Positions 24,429 to 38,427 are shown, numbered from the stretch's first letter. The stretch: DNA of 64,000 nt from Octopus vulgaris (GCA_951406725.2 OX597826.1:80972001-81036000); one strand, 5' to 3'. Notes: generated from the sequence alone by a model not told the origin. Numbers and translations are program-made.

Positions 24429-26781
24429 AATGGTAGAACAACAGATTAAATGATCAATGGATTAAATCACAGATCTGGGGGGGGGGGGTTAAATGGCAAA
24501 TTTTAATTGACTGTAGTCATTGATTTACCATAAAAGCTGGAATGGAACTTTAGAAAAAATAGAAAAAGTTCAGATTTTGTGATGAGTTTTTACATGAAGA
24601 ATGGAAATGTTACAGAACCTACTTTTGTAACATATATATTGAATCACGACAATTATGCCGTTCCAATAACAATGGTCTTTTGTTGTTGTTCTACCCCAGT
24701 TGTTTTGCATGTCAGAGTCACTCAATGTAGGGGAGCAAATGGATGGGGGTTGAAGCTTTGTGCCTTAGAAAAATAAAAAAAGCTTCATTCTCGTTTAAAT
24801 CAACTCTAATTTTGCTTTTGATTTTTTTTTTCTCCTTTTCTTAATTGTTTTTTTTTCTTTTAAAATCAAAACAAGATGAATATTTCGAACTTCCTTCCAT
24901 TGAACTCCACCTTTCATAAACAATTAGTAGAAATAAGTTTCCAGCCCTATTCAAATGTATTTTAATGAGATATACAAGCACCAATAATTTTCCTATGCAT
25001 AAGACATTAATCATTATTACATTATGGAAGTTGCCAACAAATTGTGATTAATCACATGACATACAACCATCTCCGTCACTTCTGGCTATAAAACCACTCC
25101 CATCCTTTTATTTGTTTTTGTTTTTCCATTTTTCTGTTGTTCAGAACAACTAAAGCTCACAGAAAGCTAATCTTCCTAATCAGAGGAAACCACAGGCCTA
25201 GGACATACCTCTTGCTTTTGTAGTGTTAAAAGTGTAAGTATGGTTACGTGGTTAAGAAGCATGCTTTGCAACCATGTGGTTTTGAGATCAGGCCCACTGC
25301 ATGGCACCTTGAGCAAGTGTTTTCTACTAAAATCTCTGGCTGACCATTGCCTTGTGAGTGAATGTGGTAAAAGTAGACTCTTTGGAAACCTATTGTGTGT
25401 GTGTGTGTGTGCACATCTCCCCTACCCCCATTGTTGCTTGACGACCAGTGTTTGTTTGTTTATGTCCCCATAACTTAGCAGTTCACTCAAAGAGACTGAT
25501 GCAATAAGTATCAAACTTAAAATGCAAATACTGGCATCGGTCTATTTGGCTAAAAGTTCTTCAAGGAGGTGCTGCAGAATGGCCACAGTCCAATGACTAA
25601 AACAAGGAAAAGAGAAGAGATGTTAACGTAAACGACTTGAAATTTCTTCCTGGCTAAAAGACCAGTCTCCTGCAAGTAATCTGGCGCCAGGCACTGAGTC
25701 CTGAACTGGATACCAATGTGTCCGCCATTAATTATACAATACAGCCATTTTATCACACCAGGCAAATTACATTAGCCACAAGAGCTATTTAGACTTGTGC
25801 CATTTGGCTGCATTTCTTGGCAGTGTGCTCTACATAATCACCAAAGACTCACCATGGGTATTATACATCTATTACAATGGAACTGGAATTGTATGACCTA
25901 AGATATTCAACAACGAATATCCCAACTCCATTGAACAAGCTCTATATAAGGCTGCTGCCGCTGCTGTTGGGGATTTCATAATGACCGTCTCTGATGAATG
26001 CACGATTGTATAATTGGACTGTTATCTAACACTCCATTGAATCCCTAGCATGAAACTGATTGATAAGATTGGCCATAAGGGGTTTATAATTTTCTCCAAC
26101 CTTTACACACCCATTACTTTGTCTCAGATGGTTGTGCACTATAAGGTTTTGCCCAGAGCTCCCATGTAAATGGACCTAAATGGCTGCAGTTTTTTTGTAT
26201 GTAGGGTTTTCCATAGTTTTTTAATCTTTTTATAAAAGCGATATGATTTTGTCTATTTATTACCCTAACCCTAACTCGCCACAGGGATTAAATTGACCAG
26301 GAACACTGAACACAAGGAATATCCAATACCAATCTTAATCTCCATATTTAAACTGCTTTAAACTTTGTCAAACTTACCTTTACCTATTCTGAGTTACCTG
26401 AAAGGTGATGTTCCCTTTCCTCTCTTCTATTTGTTGGTATCTTCGTTTACCTTTGATGCCGTTGTTTCACTTTAAGGATGCTTATTTATCCACCCATAAA
26501 GATATTTCGACTGTTGTCCATTGCTTCAGATATGTTTTAGCATTGTTGTTCTAGTCTTTTCTAAACAATCACATATGACATATCCCAAAGAATCAGCCGT
26601 TAGATAAGAGTTTTGCTTCCACTAAGCAAAAGCTGTTACGTATCTTTCAGAAAGCTCCACCAATTTAACTTGATGCACCATCTGAATCTGAGAGGGGAAT
26701 ATGTTGCATAAAATCCTAATCAACTGGTCCTCCTTTTACTGATCCTTTCTTTTACCCAAGGCCAGAAACTTTTTAGCCCCC

Positions 26782-26935
26782 TCTCATAAATTACAATTGC
26801 TTATTTTGATAGGGGTGAATGCCTTTCCCCAAAAGCTTAATTTAATCATGGAGCAAAGGGAAAGATTTCATCAGGATATAAGAACAATAGAAGAGAGGAT
26901 AACCTGGAATGTTGGGTACACACTTGATGGCAGGT
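26782..26935 (+). mobile_element. Chapaev/CMC-like DNA transposase C-terminal remnant
   Basis: SHKLQLLILIGVNAFPQKLNLIMEQRERFHQDIRTIEER matches the S.K.H.L..H.D.FP.NL...S.EQGERFHQDI..ME.R motif; superfamily assignment is from recall. Confidence 0.6.
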
Positions 26936-27016
26936 TATTAGAGAAGAACATTTAGTGGGGCAGTTTTGGTAAATCTTAATCATGAATGGATTTTTGAAAG
27001 AATCTTATATACTGAA

Positions 27017-27336
27017 AGTGTTTATAAGCCATTTAAGAAACACACAAAAACTGTTAGATTCACTTCAACATTTAAATTTAATTTGTCAAAATATTTTTGT
27101 TGCTTTGAGATCGCGACCTGTTCACTGACAAAACTTCGTGCTGCATCATTTTGTCAGTGAACAGGTCGCGGTCTCAAAGCGACGAAAATATTTTGACAAA
27201 TTAAATTTGAATGTTGAAGTCAATCTAACAGTTTTTGTGTGTTTCTTAAATGGCTTATAAACACCTTCCACGCTGCAATTATTTTCGTTCCAGCACACGA
27301 TCTCAGATCAAGTCACTCGCTATGCAAGTACATCTC
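27017..27336 (+). mobile_element. Non-autonomous PLE-type insertion: inverted pLTR pair plus 68-nt tail, 13-bp TSD
   Basis: 27014-27133 is the reverse complement of 27149-27268 (15-nt loop); unique tail 27269-27336; TSD cttatatactgaa at 27004-27016 and 27337-27349. Confidence 0.85.
27150..27200 (+). ncRNA. Minimal hammerhead fold with swapped G3-C8 core (GUGAACA)
   Basis: tttgtca-GTGAACA-g-gtcgc(ggtctcaaa)gcgac-GAAA-atat-TT-tgacaaa: 7-bp stem I, 5-bp stem II, palindromic AATATT as stem III. Confidence 0.68.
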
Positions 27337-29779
27337 CTTATATACTGAATAACTGATAATCTTGTTTTATTCTTTGGCTTACAATTATTACGTAGTATCT
27401 TATAGTGTATTCTGAGTTTGTGTGTGTGTGTATTATATAACTATTTAGATATAATCTCCTGGATTCTTAGCCCTTGAAGTCGTGTATTATAAATTGTTTT
27501 GTCCTCATCCAAGTCAAGTCTGATTAAAAACTCCACATACACCACACAAAATAGAACATCCATTTACACACGAACACATAATTTCAATTTGTTTTACACA
27601 AACTAGTCTGTTTGATTCATATCAGAATTTTGTTGTAAATAGAAAAGAAAAAAAACACCCAAAAAATCTACTGCAAAAAAATGGAAATAAAATCGGAATA
27701 AAGAGAGCAAAATCCCATTGAAGGCAGCATCATTGCCTGTCTGCTCTCACTGTTGTCATCAGCTGTGATAATTCTCTTGCTAATTGCCTACAAACCTAAT
27801 TAAAGCCTCGACACTTGCTAAGCAGCGTAGATTCTACTGTTAATGCCAAAATCATTTTCTTTTCTTTTGCTTTTTTCCCTAGTTTCTGCTTTTCAGTTAT
27901 CTTTTATGCTTTCTCACAAGATCATTACTTGATTTGTTGTTGTTCTGATACTATTATCATTATTATTATTATTATTATTATTGATTTTAGTTCTTTCTAA
28001 AGGTTTTTAGTTCTTTTTAGTGGCTGTTGTTGTTGTTGTTAGTATATTCTTCACTTTCATCTTGTTTCTGTCTCATCATTTAATTTTATCCAGCTTTTCA
28101 TTCTCCTTGATTTTCTCTCTATATTATTTTGGATTCTTTTTGTTTTACTTCTAGTTTTTTTTTTTTTACTTCTAGTTTTTTTTTTGTTGTTTTATTTATG
28201 TATTTTTTAAGGTGTATTTTCTTTTATTTACTACTTTCTCTGGAAATCAATAAATTTTCTTTGTGGAAAATTAAAATGACAAAAAGATTTTTTTTCATTT
28301 TTGCAGTTTTTTTAAAAATATTTATTTTCTGTCATTTTTCTTTTCTCTTCTTTTTATTGAAAAATGTAATAATAATTAAACTTTTTTTTAATTTAAATAT
28401 ATTTTTCTAGACCCCCCACCACCACCATCTCCCAGTTAAAAAAAAATATATATAAACGGTTGGAATTATGTTAGAAAGTTTTTGTTTTTTAATATGCTCA
28501 TCTATTGTCCAGTAAATTTCCATAGTTTTTTTTCTTTCTTCTTTTTTTTAGTTTTTTCGGATTTTTAAATGTAATTTGTCTTTACACAATTCTTGAAAAT
28601 ATTGTCTCCATATTTTCAAGAGGTAATTATATTTATGCAAAACACAGTCTTTTCGTTCATATATTTTAAGCATTTCTTTATCTTCGTAAATTGATAACTG
28701 ACTGGACAAATAAAATATTGAATTACCAATTCCTAAGACGTGTGTTTATGGCAGTGAATTGGCCAAATCATTAGCATCATCACCATCACCATCACCATCA
28801 TCATCATCATTATTTTAACATCCACTTTTCCATGGCACAATTTCTCATAAGTTAATATCTTATGAAAAATGCTCAAAAGGAAGGCATTAGGTAACCATTT
28901 TTTCTATTTGCCCTTAAAAATTCCCAGTGGAAACAAGGAATCCCCTGTGGTCATTTGTCAGCTTGATGGTACAAGGAACGAAGGAAGTGTGTTCATATCC
29001 AAAGGGAACCCTTTTTTATTTTTCTAAATGTCTTAGCAAAGAAAGGACATTTTCTCTTAGTTCTGTGACTTTTAGGAAGAAAACAGGACATTATTCTCAG
29101 TCTGGAGGCCTAAGATGCTTGCAATGGAATGGTGGGAACCTCTTATGACACCCAGGGGCAAGTGTTGATGCTAAACTGGGTGAGAGGTTAAGTCTACCAT
29201 TTCCACTTAAGTCTTTGGAGGTTTCATTTTACCTTGTTGTTGTTTGACACCAGTCAGTCCTGACAGGGTCCACAGATATATGACCATAGTCCTGATAGAG
29301 TCCACAGCCATGACCATAGTGTGTTTACTTCTGGAATAGCATAACCTCAAACAACATTAGACAATGTGTGCTTTCATTAGATTATAAGTTATTGTTTGAG
29401 GGAAATTTGGCTGCTGTCTTTAGCAATTTGAGTGACTACAGTTTTACTGTAAAGAATTAGTACCAAATAATGATCAGTTTATTAGTAAACAATACTAAGA
29501 ACCTTCATTTGAAGCAACCCCCCCCCCCAAAGAAATCCAAGCTAAATTCTAAGTCTATATAATTAAGCATTTTTCTTTCGATTGTAGGCAGAAGGCTGAA
29601 ATTTGGCAGGTGCGGGGTGGTTGAATAGGTCAGCCCTGATGCTAAATTGGTACTTATTTTGTCAACTGTGAAGGGACGAAAGGCAAAATGAACCATGGCA
29701 GAATTTGAACTTGAAATACAAAGAGCCTGAAGAAACTCTGCTAAGCAGTCTGTCTGATATTCGGTTCTTTTCCTGCAAC

Positions 29780-30616
29780 CCTTTGGCCTTCACATTGTTC
29801 TGTCGAAAGTAAAGCTTATTCATTTAAACCATTTTCAATTAATCGTGCATTATTTTGTAGCTTTGAGATTTTGATCGGGTGCAGGCATACAAGGTGGTGA
29901 GCTGGCACAAATGTTAGCACGCTGGGTAAAATGCTTAGCAGTATTTCGTCTGCCATTAGGTTCTGAGTTCAAATTCTGCCAACGTCGACTTTGCCTTTCA
30001 TCCTTTCAGGGTCGATAGATTAAGTACCAGTTATGCACTGGGGTCGATCTAATCGACTTAATCCCTTTGTCTGTCTTTGTTTGTCCCCTCTGTTTAACCC
30101 CTTGTGGGCAATAAAGAAATAAGAAGCATGCTTTCCAACCACATAGTTCCGGGTTCAGTCCCAGTGTGTGGTACCTTAGGCAAGTGTCTTCTACTATAGT
30201 CTTGGGCTGACCAAGCCTTGTGAGTGGATTTGGTAGACAAAAATCGAAAAAAGCCTGTGATACATATGTGTGTGTGTGTGTGTGTGTCTTTGCATTTGTT
30301 TGGCCACCACTGCTTGACAATCAGTGTTGATTTGTTTACACCCTTAACTTAGCAGTTCAGCAAAAGAGACCAATGGAATAAGTACCCGGTTTAAAAATTA
30401 AAAAATAAAGTACTAGGGTCAATTCATTTGATTAAAATTTCTTCAAGGTTCTGCCCCAGCATGGCTGCAACCTAATGACTGAAACAAGGGAAAGATAGAA
30501 GATAACTGTTAATTTTTAGAATGATATTGTAGGGTTGGGTGAAAGGTCAGATCCAGCCAGTTTCAGCAGAAAGCAGAATATTATGGCCTGACATGGCTAG
30601 TTTGAATGCCAAAAGG
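29780..30616. mobile_element. piggyBac-type MITE carrying nested family B (29892-30122) and family A (30125-30500) SINEs
   Basis: MITE halves (ccctttggccttcacatt... and ...tgaatgccaaaagg|ttaa) flank two back-to-back SINEs. Confidence 0.65.
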
Positions 30617-31729
30617 TTAAAAACATAACCTCACCTCACCCCATACAGCTGCCCCCCTACATAAATCAAATAAAAATGTTGACTGATTTAGGCCCAATTC
30701 CTATCTACAGTCTAAGATATCACTTCATGCTCCTGAAATTGTGGGTTTGTGTCACCCTCGGAAAATATTACTTCCAGTGGGAGCAGGTGTAGTTGTGCAG
30801 GTAAGAATTTTGCTTCACAACAACACTGTTCTGAGTTCAATACCACCGTGTGGAACCTTGAGCCTGTCTTTTGTCATCGTTCTGAGCTGACAAGTACCTT
30901 GTGAGTGGAATTTGATGGAGCAGACAGATTATGTAGCAGCCTCTCATGTACGTATGTGTGTGTGTGTGTCTTTTTATATACATGTTTATGCATGTTTAAA
31001 TGTCTTTTGTTGTAAAGATTGAGAAGAAAACGGTGCTCTTTGAATGGAATCTCCTGCATATTTGTTCTGCACTGAGTTGCTGGAACTTCCTTGTCCTTCT
31101 CACCGTCAGAAATACAGTGAAAACGCGACGGGCCCTTTGGAAACCTGTAGCTAATGATGCTATTGTTCACACGATCTGATTATAATCCATATTCCATATT
31201 CAAGTTGAAATTTCTCTTTTTAAAGGCAACAAAAATAAGATAAAAAAAAAAGTAGGCAACGAAACAGAACAAAATTCTTTATCTTCATTTCTCTTTTCAT
31301 CTTTTCCTTTGTCTTCATTTCTTTTGTTTGTTTTTATCTTCCTCGTCTTCTCATCGTATTGTTTCCCTCTCTTCTTCATTTTCTTTTTCTGTTTTCTTCC
31401 TTTTGTATTTTCGATGTGGTGGAGGGTAGGTGAGGTGTAATCAGCCATCTGATCAATATCGATATATATTACATTAACAATATCTTGTTTTACTGATTGG
31501 TTAACGAGTGAGATTATGAAAAATCAATTAGTTTTTGCCTCACTTTGAACTCAATAACTAAGGCCTGAATCATGCAGAGTCACTGAGCTTTTGACCTACA
31601 TTACATGAAGTAGGTGGGGCAGCTATACTGGAACGCAACGCCCTCTGTCTGTACCATTTCATGGGTGTGAACCACCAAAGTGCTACTAGACATTCATTTA
31701 ACATTAACTTAACTCTTATTTTTCATGCA

Positions 31730-32130
31730 CCTGTGCTGGTGGCTCATAAAAAGCACCATCTGAACGTGGCTGTTGCCAGCGCCGCCTCGACTGGCTTCTG
31801 TGCCGGTGGCACATAAAAAGCACCATCCGAACGTGGCCGATGCCAGCGCCGCCTTGGCTGGCTTCCGTGCTGGTGGCACGTTTAAAGCACCTACCGATCG
31901 TGGCCGATGCCAGACTCCCCTGGCACCTGTGCCGGTGGCACGTAAAAAGCACCCACTACACTCGCGGAGTGGTTGGCGTTAGGAAGGGCATCCAGCCGTA
32001 GAAACACTGCCAGATCAGACTGGAGCCTGGTGCAGCCCCTGACTTCCCAGACCCCGGTTGAACCGTCCAACCCGTGCTAGTGCGGAAAACGGAAGTTAAA
32101 CGATGATGATGATGATGATGATGATGATGT
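31730..32130 (+). mobile_element. RTE-tail element (family C) with ~60-bp internal tandem units and (GAT)n tail
   Basis: Repeated gtgccggtggcac.taaaaagcacc units, then ggagtggttggcgttaggaagggcatccagc...ttaaacgatgatgat. Many shorter copies in the window. Confidence 0.8.
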
Positions 32131-32683
32131 TGATGGTGTGCTTGAGTAATTTATCCCATCAAAATATGCTCATTTTCCACATCAACTCCTCTTTTAGTTC
32201 TTTGGGTCTTTGAACTGTGGCCATGCCGGGGCACTTACGTTGAAGAGCTTTAGTCAATCATCAACTCGGTACTTATTTTCAATTCTGTCACTATTTTATC
32301 AACCTGTATTTGCTGCTCTGCTAAGTTATGGACATAAACACAGTCCCTCTTTTTGCTAAACTATGTCATTGTCTGCCTCTATGACTGTCTTTACAAACTC
32401 CCCCCACACACACACTCACATTCATGCATATATATATATATATTGGAGTGGTTGGCATTAGGAAGGGCATCCAGCTGTAGAAAGCTATGCCAATCAGACT
32501 GGAGCCTGGCACAGCCTTCCAGCATGCCAGCCCAGTCAAACCATCCAACCCATGCCAGCATGGACAACGGAGGCTAAATGATGATGATATATACACATGC
32601 ACACACACACACCCACATACACATATACATACACATACACACACACATACATACATGCATATATATAGATAGATAGATAGATA

Positions 32684-33680
32684 CAGGGTGTGATGAGTAA
32701 ATTGTCGTCATTTTAAATTTTTATTTTGTTCATGTGCATTGTTTGTTTTGAATTTTGTTGACTACACAGTATAGTAGGGTCAATTGGGCACTGTCTGTGA
32801 GAAAAACAGCAGCATGACGCAATTCACTCTGCCAGAAATTTGGAGACAACATATTGCATTGCTTGGCATTTGTGCCAGAAGCTCCAATACGGACATTTCA
32901 GAGTGTTTGGGTGTCAGTCTGAGGACAGTGCAGAGGATTCGGAAAAAGTTGGATGAGTCTAATGGTGATTACGAAGGTGCAGCAGCTCAGAAGACTCAAT
33001 CTGATCGTTCTGATAAGAAAAGAACTCCTGAATTTGTTGGTGAGATCCAGGCCATGATCGACAGCGACCCCTCAAAGTTAATCAGGGACATGGGAGTGTC
33101 TGAGCTTCTTTTCAGGCAGGTAGTGCATGAAGACATTCAGTATTCCTCATACAAGACGAGAAAGGGCCTGTTTTTATCCCAAGCCATCAAGGACAAGAAG
33201 AAAGACTATGCTACAAAGCTCTTGGACAGACTCAAGCATCCCCTCCAACCGAACCTGTTTTGGTTTTTCTTAGATGAGAAAAAATTCTGCTGGGATCAGA
33301 TGGTGAACACAGAGAACAACCGTTGGCTTGCCATGTTTTCAAAACGTGTATTGAGAATGATAAAAATCAAACATCCGATCAGCATTATGGTATTTGGAGT
33401 GATCACTAGTGATGGCGATGTTATGCCTGCTTTGATCTTCCCACACGTCCTCAGACTCAACATGGAAGCCTACATCAAGTGCCTGGAGGAGGTCGTGCTG
33501 CCTTGGGTCAAAAGGGTCGCTGCTGGAAGACCCTATGTCTGGTAACAGGACTCTGCACCATGCCACACAAGCAGGAAAACCCAGTCACGGCTGTCAGACA
33601 ATTTCTATGACCACATCAACCCTAACATCTGGCCACCTAACTCCCCAGATTGCAACACCACTGATTATTATGTGTGGGGT
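32684..33680 (+). pseudogene. DD37D (maT) transposase, nearly intact, one in-frame stop, 3'-truncated
   Basis: TA|CAGGGTG left TIR; ATG 32814; HTH (ISECLGVSLRTVQRIRK), FLDEK, W*QDSAPCH (TAA at 33543 where the other copy has CAA at 3151), WPPNSPDCNTTDYYVW; 37 residues between the 2nd and 3rd Asp. Confidence 0.92.
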
Positions 33681-33725
<45 letters not shown>

Positions 33726-33727
<2 letters not shown>

Positions 33728-34020
33728 AGGCCCAGTGGTTAGGGCAGAGGACTCACGGTCGTAGGATCGCGGTTTCGATTCCCAGACCGGGCTTTGTGTG
33801 TGTTTATTGAGCGAAAACACCTAAAGCTCCACGAGACTCCGGCAGGGGTGGGGGTGGGGGTCCTTGCTGTACTCTTTCGCCACAACTGTCTCTCACTCTT
33901 TCTTCTGTTAGCCTGCTCGCTTAGCCAGCGGGGTGGCATCATTTGATGGCTAAAACAATGGAAAACGCATTGTGACCAGTGATGTGTAGCAACATCTGAT
34001 AGCCTGGTCGGTCACGGTGA
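33726..34020 (+). mobile_element. tRNA-derived SINE (group D, body alpha + tail 2)
   Basis: Head and body as 15802; distinct tail gcctgctcgcttagccagcgggg...ggtcggtcacggtgata. Confidence 0.85.
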
Positions 34021-36060
34021 TATATATATATATGGCTTTAAGGATATCACAAAAAGCCTGGTTGGAGGCCCGACCATCCAAGTTCTTTTACATTGCTTAG
34101 AGAAGCTGTATTTTCTTTTACGCAAAGCCAGGAACTTTTCAGCACTCCATCCTCGTCCTTTAACATCCCTTTTCAATTTTCCGGCATGGGTTGGACAGTT
34201 GACAGGAGTTGGCCAGCTGAAGTGTTGCCCTGGTTGCAGCATATATGTTCTGTCAGGGTTTCTATGGCTGGATGCCCTTCCTAACGTCAACCACTTCACA
34301 GAGTGTACTGGCTGCTTTTATGCTGCTCCAGCATGGGTGCATCCATGTGGCACTGGTGCAGGCACTTTTTATGTGGCACCAGACCCACAAGCCCACAAGA
34401 TTAGAATTACTCAGCTGAAGAGGGATGCAAGGAACATTCTACTATGCAAAGGCATCCACAAATTTACTTGGCCTGATGTGTCTTCTCAAGCGCAACAAAC
34501 CACCAGAAGTCTCGGTCCCTTGTCATCACCTCCATGAGGCCCATCATCTGGAGCTACATATGACGTTCCCTGCACAGTTTCTATGTACCAGTTTCACTAA
34601 CAAGGGATTATATGCATGAGGCTCTAGTGGGGAAACATGCTCAAAACGCCACATGGTAGGACTGAACCTGAGACCACATGATTACTATTTGAACTCTTTA
34701 ACCACAGAACCATGCCTATACAGTGTACAATATTTGATATTTACTTAGGGATCCTTTCTTTACTACTCCAACAAGTACAGCAAAAATCTGTGCTTTGCTG
34801 AGGAGGTCTAATAAGACCAGAGCATGCCAGGAGTTATTTCCTTTACTTGCCAGTTATTGACTATTTAGCCATTGAATGAATATTATCTTTCCAGCATAGC
34901 AAAATTGTTTTTAATTAACAGTACAAGGCTCGCTGCATTAAATACAGTAACACTGACTTAGCTTTTATTTTTTCATGTTGATGGCTCCCTTGAGTAATCA
35001 TCATTATCATCATCATCGTTTAACGTCACTGCCATTTATTCTTAAAAATATGCTCCCAAATAGTGAGACCGTTGCTACAGTTGCCACTACTATCACACTG
35101 ACTCATCACATCAATGAAGGAGTTGGTCACTTAACCTGCTAGAATTAACATCAAAATCACCATTCTTAAAAGAAGCACACATTGAATAATGTAGACCTAG
35201 ATACACAATGCCGAGATTTTAACACTATACATCTATAAATGATTCTTTCTCAAGATGAATACTGCAGTTTAGAAGGCTTTCAAGATGTACACATTTTATG
35301 TACAAAGATTGCTAAGGAAAAAAGAACAATGATTAAAGGTCTTCTCAATGTAAGATTTGAACCTCAAACTTGCTGGTTGTAAACTATTAAAGATCAACTT
35401 TGATGCCTTTTCACCTCTGTGCCACCGCAACAGAAATTTAGGTGCACGGAGAGAAGAATTAGAAGGTAGGACAATTTCTGGTGTAGTTGGCTTGGGACTA
35501 GTTTTGACTACCTACTGCATGATATGGTAGGCCCCCTGGATACACCTGGTACCCCTCCTCTTCATCATCTCTTATCCCAGAAGCCAACAAGTGAGGCTCT
35601 ACATCAGAGGCTGACAAAAGATAAGTTGTGGCCCACAAGTGGGACATTGAGGGATGGTGGGCCTTGGACGGGTCCTAAGTAATTTTCAAATTTAATGTAC
35701 CTGTGGGCCATTGACCAGATGATGGCTTTTTGGTGTTTCCTGCTCGTTATGATTGTTTGACCTGCTAGAAATAACAGCCAAATCTTTCTCAAATGCAATC
35801 TGACTGCACAGAGGCTGTTAAGAGAGTGTAGATCTCAGGTAGATTTTGAAGTTTCTGGAATTGTGCTGGTGATCACTGAGAAGAAATACTCAAAGGGGAA
35901 GAAAGAGAGTTGTGTTCTTTGCAACTGTATTTGAGATTCTTAATGCTTTCAGCATTCCAATTTCTCTGCCAAATGAAATGCTTATTTCTTCACATTGTTT
36001 TGAATTAATCATGGATTGTCTGCTAGCTCTGAGATTTCAATGATATTACTGTCTATTCTT

Positions 36061-36374
36061 GTGAAGGCACATGGCCCAGTAGTTAGAGCGTCGGGCTCAC
36101 AATCATGACGTAGTAAGTTCGATTCCCGGACCGGGCTGCATGTTGTGTTCTTGAGCAAGACACTTTATTCCATGTTGCTCCAATGGTGCCAAGCTGTATC
36201 GGCCCCTTTGCCTTTCCCTTGGATAACATCAGTGATGTGAAGAGGGGAGGCTGGTATGCATGGGCGACTGCTGGCCTTCCATAAACAACCTTACCTGGAC
36301 TTGTGCCTTGGAAGGGAACTTTCTCGGTGCAATCCCATGATCATTCGTGACCGGAGAGGGTCTTTACCCTTTCT
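36061..36374 (+). mobile_element. tRNA-derived SINE (group D, body beta + tail 4) inserted into a piggyBac-type MITE
   Basis: 11-bp TSD tgtctattctt at 36050-36060 and 36375-36385; host MITE spans 35941-36478. Confidence 0.85.
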
Positions 36375-36611
36375 TGTCTATTCTTAGGGTGGGTGTGATA
36401 GGCCGGATCTGGTCAGTTTGAACATAAAATGGGAAGAATGTGGGCTGGACATGGTCAGTTTCAATGCTGAAGGATTAAAATGAGGTCAATAGAACACAGA
36501 AAGTGGTAACGCCTGGGAGGTTGGTCATTTTGGGAGGAATGGCATGAAGTGTGCAGATTAGGCACTTGGGTGGAGATGGGATGTGCTGCGGGGTGGTTGT
36601 GGTGGAATGTA

Positions 36612-36653
<42 letters not shown>

Positions 36654-37095
36654 TATGCTGTAGTGGCGTGTTTCTACAGGTTGTGATAAATCACCATAGA
36701 GACAATAAAGACCAAAGCTGTTTGCTGAGATTAACAAAGAAAAACAAAAACAAAACTAAATGACAGGGAAAAAGTGGGGGGGGGGGGCAGTGGTGGTGGT
36801 GGTGCCCGTATTTGGGTCGGGTGGGGGTTTAGTTTAGTGTAAATTTTCACTGTAGTTTATCATAGTTTTCAGCATCAAGTGGCCCTGGTTCATCCTATTA
36901 CGGCTGATTAAGGGTGAGGAAATAAAACACAATGAATGGAATTTAAAGAGAGGAAGAGGAGGAGGAGAAGAGAAGAGGAACAAATGAATCTCGTTAGCTT
37001 AATGCCTCCCTTCATCTTTCAAACTGACATTTTTAATTTCCACAAACACTTACGCTAATTGTTATTCATGCATTGTTACCTGTTCAGTTTTCCTT

Positions 37096-37096
<1 letters not shown>

Positions 37097-37132
<36 letters not shown>

Positions 37133-37133
37133 G

Positions 37134-37180
<47 letters not shown>

Positions 37181-37181
37181 G

Positions 37182-37243
<62 letters not shown>
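37097..37243. repeat. (ATT)n microsatellite, about 49 units with two ATG interruptions
   Basis: Direct reading; source of the poly-I/poly-Y ORFs. Confidence 0.98.
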
Positions 37244-38427
37244 CCTTGTCTTTTTAAAGGCAAGGTGAGATGGTGAGTGTGTGTCAGAACCTACCTGTCC
37301 CCCACCCCTGCCCTGTAATTGCACCCTTCCATTCCAAGCTGACCATTGTCATCAATAATTGATTATTATTTTCCCTCCCCAATTACTAATGAGTTGTCTT
37401 TACAAAGGGTGTGTCGATGATGGTGGTCATGGTAGGAGGACGATCCGTGTGTGTGTGTTTACATGTTATAACAGCAGAAGGTGAAGTTTGCCTTGTCTCA
37501 CCCTCTGACATGTTAATACAAGTATTATTGTACATAATGAAACAAAAATTATAAAAAACAAAAAACAAAAAAAAAACAGATAAACATAATATATAAATAT
37601 AAACAGAAAAGAAAAAGAAAAAAAAAAGACTGTTTCTTTTGCATTGGTCAATTCTGGATGATTGTCTCTGCTGCCCAACTCTTCATTTGCATAAAGTGGT
37701 AGAACAAGTTTGCAGTTTCTGTTGATTTTTCTTCTCTTTGTACGTCTCTCTCTTTTTTTCCTTCTCTTCCCCCCTCCCACTTCTCGCTTCCTCTCTTATT
37801 GTCCTTCATTTTCATTCTTCCTCTCAGTTGATCACTCATTCTATTCCTCTTGCTCTCTGTATCACTCACTCTCTCTATATCATACCTTCACTCACTCACT
37901 CACTCATTCTATATCTTACCTTCACTCATTCTTTAATACATCTTGCCCTCAGTCACTCACCCTCCACATATCATGTCCTCCTCACTCACTCTCCACATAC
38001 CTTGCCCTCATTCATCACTCTTTCTATACACCTTGCACTCGTCTTCTATAATAATATCTTGCTCTCACTTTCTCTCTCGCTAATATTTCCTCAATCACAA
38101 AAGCCAATAATTCCACTCTTCCCACTTTTATTTCTTCCTTCTTTCTTCTCGGTCACTGATACATTTTTTCCCCATCTGTCCAGCCATGCATCCATCCATG
38201 TTGTTCTGTCACTGCAAAAGTGATTAACCTATCAGGACACAATATTAACATATTCTTCATATAAAAACAGAAGAATTTATGCCAAAGCATTTTACATGTC
38301 ACTAATTAAGAAGAACCATTTGCATCGATATTTAATCTCACCACTCCCCGCAACACCCCTCTCCCAAACTTTCTGTTAAATCTGCAGATTATTATTATTA
38401 TTATTGTTAATATTTTAGATATCCTAA

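Noticed and set aside
25990-26020. CTGATGA as another hammerhead (also ctgatag at ~11957)
   Set aside because: No GAAA after the putative stem II and no closing stem I.
27014-27268. miRNA precursor
   Set aside because: The 120-bp arms, TSD and one-sided tail are better explained as a retroelement inversion; siRNA production is not excluded.
37059-37324. Poly-Ile / poly-Tyr ORFs
   Set aside because: Pure (ATT)n microsatellite.
37710-38223. His/Ser/Leu-rich ORFs
   Set aside because: Degenerate (CACT)/(CT) low-complexity tract.
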